DNA from: an uncultured virus (IMG/VR IMGVR_UViG_3300044655_000391)
Taxonomy: Duplodnaviria; Heunggongvirae; Uroviricota; Caudoviricetes
Length of the DNA stretch: 20,000 nucleotides
Strand: one strand, 5' to 3'
Virus record (IMG/VR): IMGVR_UViG_3300044655_000391
Below, one piece after another: positions 16,822 to 20,000 of the stretch. The notes beneath the pieces are model-generated. The model was not told where the DNA came from and did no database searches. It was given only the letters and a program-made list of their open reading frames with translations. Made by a program: the position numbers and the translations under genes. Position 1 is the stretch's first letter. Each line of letters starts with the position of its first letter.

Positions 16822-19095
16822 ATGTTTAAATTATTTAATATGTTTACTTGGATCACTGATTTAGTGGACTACTTCACATTTTACGGTGGAGGTAAAGGTA
16901 AGGGTGGTGGAACACCTCCGCCTACTCAGTCTACCAGCTATACGACTAATATTCCAGAATACGCTAAACCCTATGTAGAGAATATGCTTAATGCTACACA
17001 AGCACAAATCTATAGCTCAGATATGGGTGGTTTTAATAAGTATGTTCCTTACTCCACTGATCCTACTAAATACGTTGCTGGCTTTTCTCCGCTACAAAGT
17101 TACGCACAATCTGGTGCAGCCAACTTAAACCTTCCAGCTAACTATGGTTTAGCTACAGGACAGACTTTAGGCACTGGTATGCAAATGGGTGCACTTGCTC
17201 CACAAATGGGCATGGCAGGTGCTAATTATGGAGCTATGGCTACTAATCCGTATGCTACCCAAGCCTACATGAATCCATATCTATCTGCATCTTTAGCTCC
17301 TCAACTAGCTGAAGCTCGTAGACAATACGATATCACTGGCCAACAACAACAAGGTCAAGCGACTCGTGGTGGTGCTTTTGGTGGATCTCGTGAAGCTCTT
17401 ATGGCTGCTGAAAACAGACGTAACATGAACACAGCTATGAATCAAATGATTGGTCAAGGTTATAACCAAGCGTTTGGTCAAGCACAACAAGCTCAACAGT
17501 TTGGTGCTAACTTAGGCCTTCAAGGTCAACAAGCTCAGCTAGGTGCATTACAAGGTCAACTTGGTGCTGCTAATCAATTGGCTGGTCTTGGCGGTCAACA
17601 ACTTCAAGCTCAACAAGGTATCTTCAATCTTCAGAATCAACTTGGTCAACAACAACAAGCACAACAACAAAACATTATCAACCAAGCTATTCAAAACTAC
17701 GCAACAGAACAACAATATCCATTCATGCAATTGGGTGTTCTCAACTCTATGCTTCGTGGTTTACCAATGCAACAAAGCTCTACACAAATGTATCAAGCAC
17801 CTCCAAGTGCAGTATCTCAATTGGCAGGTCTTGGCACAGCAGGTCTTGGTGCTTTAGGTATGTATAATCAAGCTACAGGTGGCAAGAGCGGTGGACTAAT
17901 GGAAGTTAAGAAGATGGCCGCTGGCGGCAATGCTATTCCTATGAAGAGCTATTCTGACCCACAATTACAAAATGTAATTAAAAGTCCAGCTTCATCTATG
18001 ATGGCTGATATCTATGCTCAATCATTATTAAAAGATCGTGCTTACTTAAAGTCTAATCCTATGGCTGCTAATTTAATTAATCAGCAACAAATGCCACAAG
18101 GTATGCCACAGCAAATGCCTCAGGGAATGCCTCCAGGAATGCCACAAACACCTCCTATGCCTTCTCCAGATCAAATGGCTATGGCACCCCAAAGTAGAGT
18201 TGGTTTAGACTCTATTGGCACTGGTGAGATGACTCAAATGGCAGGTGGTGGTTTATTAGCTTTTGCTGATGGTGATGTAGTTCCATCTACAACATCTTTA
18301 CCATCTATGGATCCTAACGTAATACCTAGAAATAAAGAAGGTTATGATTGGGATACTTATATCGCACAAAAACTATCTCAAAAATATGCAGAAAGCCCAA
18401 CGGTTAAAGCACAAAGAGAAGCTTTAGAAGCTGGTATTGCTGAGCGTAAAAAATCTATGGGTTATGAAGGTTTAACTCGCTTTGGTTTAGATATGATGGC
18501 TGGCACCTCACCATACGCACTTACTAACATAGGTAAGGCTGGTACATCTGCATTAGACTATATGTCTGGCGAAGGGAAAGATATTGCACAACAAAGAGAA
18601 AAACTTCTTGAACTTAAATCTGGCGAAGAGAAAAACAAAGAAGCTCGTGAAGCTCAAATGTTGGGCTATGCAATCCAAGCTGACACAGCTAAGAAAAATA
18701 AGATTCTACAAATGGCTCAAATTGAAGCAACTCGTGAAGCTACTAAAGCGGCTCAGTTTGCTACTAACCAACAGAGTGCAGCTAAAGCATATGCAGATCA
18801 ATTTTCTAAACAAGTGTTATCATTACGCAAATATTATTCTGATACTGGTTTACCAATTGATGAAAATGATTTACAAGCAGAAGCAGAAAGACTTACATAT
18901 AATGCATTTAAATCTTCCCCAAAAGGAAGTCCTATGGCTGAATATATGATAGGCGTTACTGCACCTGAAGTAAGAAAACCAAAAGAACCAGAACCTCCAA
19001 AAGAACCTAACTTACTTCAAAGAGCTGTTAAAGCATTAGTTGGTGACGAAAAAAAAGTAATTAATTTTGATTCAAAAGGCAATAGAATTCAATAA
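16822..19095 (+). CDS. Probable DNA ejection (pilot) protein
   Basis: GGGKGKGGG after a short leader. TNIPEYAKPY, VAGFSPLQ, YMNPY, GAFGGSR motifs. Long Q/A/G-rich helical region and Gly-zipper (LAGLGTAGLGALG). Confidence 0.7.
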   Translation: MFKLFNMFTWITDLVDYFTFYGGGKGKGGGTPPPTQSTSYTTNIPEYAKPYVENMLNATQAQIYSSDMGGFNKYVPYSTDPTKYVAGFSPLQSYAQSGAANLNLPANYGLATGQTLGTGMQMGALAPQMGMAGANYGAMATNPYATQAYMNPYLSASLAPQLAEARRQYDITGQQQQGQATRGGAFGGSREALMAAENRRNMNTAMNQMIGQGYNQAFGQAQQAQQFGANLGLQGQQAQLGALQGQLGAANQLAGLGGQQLQAQQGIFNLQNQLGQQQQAQQQNIINQAIQNYATEQQYPFMQLGVLNSMLRGLPMQQSSTQMYQAPPSAVSQLAGLGTAGLGALGMYNQATGGKSGGLMEVKKMAAGGNAIPMKSYSDPQLQNVIKSPASSMMADIYAQSLLKDRAYLKSNPMAANLINQQQMPQGMPQQMPQGMPPGMPQTPPMPSPDQMAMAPQSRVGLDSIGTGEMTQMAGGGLLAFADGDVVPSTTSLPSMDPNVIPRNKEGYDWDTYIAQKLSQKYAESPTVKAQREALEAGIAERKKSMGYEGLTRFGLDMMAGTSPYALTNIGKAGTSALDYMSGEGKDIAQQREKLLELKSGEEKNKEAREAQMLGYAIQADTAKKNKILQMAQIEATREATKAAQFATNQQSAAKAYADQFSKQVLSLRKYYSDTGLPIDENDLQAEAERLTYNAFKSSPKGSPMAEYMIGVTAPEVRKPKEPEPPKEPNLLQRAVKALVGDEKKVINFDSKGNRIQ
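18091..18149 (+). repeat. Degenerate 12-bp coding repeat (MPQG)n
   Basis: ATGCC recurs every 12 nt, encoding MPQG-MPQQ-MPQG-MPPG-MPQT. Confidence 0.7.
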
Positions 19096-20000
19096 TGTCT
19101 GACATAGTCGCTAAATTAGCTGACGGTACAGAACTTAGATTTCCAGCAAGTACACCAGATGATGTTGTAAATAATGCGGTAAAAAATTATCTGGCAGAAC
19201 CTGCTAATCAAGTTACTGCCGCTCCAAACGTGCAGGCTCCTGTAACACCTACAGGACCCGAAGGCGCTCCCATACCCCCTATCTTGCAAACGCAAGAAAA
19301 ACCAAAAATTGAAACTGCAAATCCATTAGAAGCTTTCGTTGGCAGCGCCAAGAGAATGGGCTCTGATATTGTAACTGGAGCACAATTACCTTTTGATGCT
19401 AACAAAGCTACTATTGAAGGCATGGCTAGGCAGCAAGATATTACTGAAAGACCAGCAACTAGCTTAGAAGCTGTTACACAGGCTTATGAAAGAGATGGAA
19501 TTATTCCAGCAGCTAAAGAGGTTGCAACTCAATTTCCAAGTTTTATAGCAGAACAAGCTCCCCTTGTAGGTTCAATGTATGCTGGTGCTAAAGCTGGGGC
19601 TATGGCACCAGTACCGCCTATGTTAAAACCATACACTGCAATTGCAGGCTCAATATTACTTCCTATACTAGCTTACTCTGGATCAAGTGCTGAAAGAAAA
19701 GCTGGTGAACAAATTGCTAAAGGTGAAAAGGTTGATATTGATGCAGCAGGTGCGTTTGCTTCTGGAACAGCTCAAGCAGCTTTAGATAGGTTGTCTTTAG
19801 GATTAAGTGGTTTATCTAAACTCTTTGGTATTTCTTATAAACAATTAGGAAAAAAAGGAGCTGACAAGATAGCAAGAGAATCAATTGGTACTGCTCTTGT
19901 CAAAGGAACACTAAAAACACAAGCATTAGAAATGCCTACTGAAATAGCACAACAAGCTATTGAAAGATATTACGCTGGACTATCTCTTACAGATGAAGAT
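19095..20000 (+). CDS. Large ejection/internal virion-like protein, 3'-truncated, absent from ORF track
   Basis: TAATG-coupled ATG at 19095. Open to the window end: MSDIVAKLADGTELRFPASTPDDVV...EMPTEIAQQAIERYYAGLSLTDED. Pro-rich linker followed by Ala/Gly-rich helices. Confidence 0.75.
   Translation, partial: MSDIVAKLADGTELRFPASTPDDVVNNAVKNYLAEPANQVTAAPNVQAPVTPTGPEGAPIPPILQTQEKPKIETANPLEAFVGSAKRMGSDIVTGAQLPFDANKATIEGMARQQDITERPATSLEAVTQAYERDGIIPAAKEVATQFPSFIAEQAPLVGSMYAGAKAGAMAPVPPMLKPYTAIAGSILLPILAYSGSSAERKAGEQIAKGEKVDIDAAGAFASGTAQAALDRLSLGLSGLSKLFGISYKQLGKKGADKIARESIGTALVKGTLKTQALEMPTEIAQQAIERYYAGLSLTDED

Noticed and set aside
1109..19423. Minus-strand ORFs and short nested + strand ORFs in the track (e.g. 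6320..6589, 6703..7002, 15482..15814, 17543..17857, 18584..18949, 19208..19423)
   Set aside because: They are shadows of biased-codon genes. For example, poly-Pro arises from antisense Gly runs. All lie within better-supported genes.
1..20000. tRNA, rRNA, intrinsic terminators or stop-codon reassignment
   Set aside because: Almost no intergenic space, no GC hairpin plus U-tract seen, and genes tile the window under the standard code.

Overview
A 20 kb, entirely + strand, tightly packed late-gene segment of an AT-rich tailed phage, most consistent with a podovirus with P22/HTVC010P-like morphogenesis organisation. The host is unknown. From 5' to 3' it holds: (i) an array of fibre/receptor-binding-like genes, including two paralogous fibre + ~54-aa partner modules, glycine-rich adhesin-like proteins and a strict 20-aa-repeat protein, with a free-standing GIY-YIG/NUMOD3 endonuclease inserted; (ii) a 2OG-Fe(II) oxygenase-like gene; (iii) three overlapping exported/membrane protein genes directly ahead of a holin-like gene and a GH24 endolysin; (iv) a tail hub/stabilisation-like gene, a C1q/TNF-like gene, probable ejection proteins, a GNAT-like gene and a truncated large ejection-like gene. 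Best leads: the endonuclease appears to have captured and duplicated its host gene's 3' end; one gene probably starts at ATT; an uncharacterised export/membrane trio sits where spanins might be expected; and the ejection proteins carry possible processing signals. All family assignments come from visual motif recognition, not database searches.
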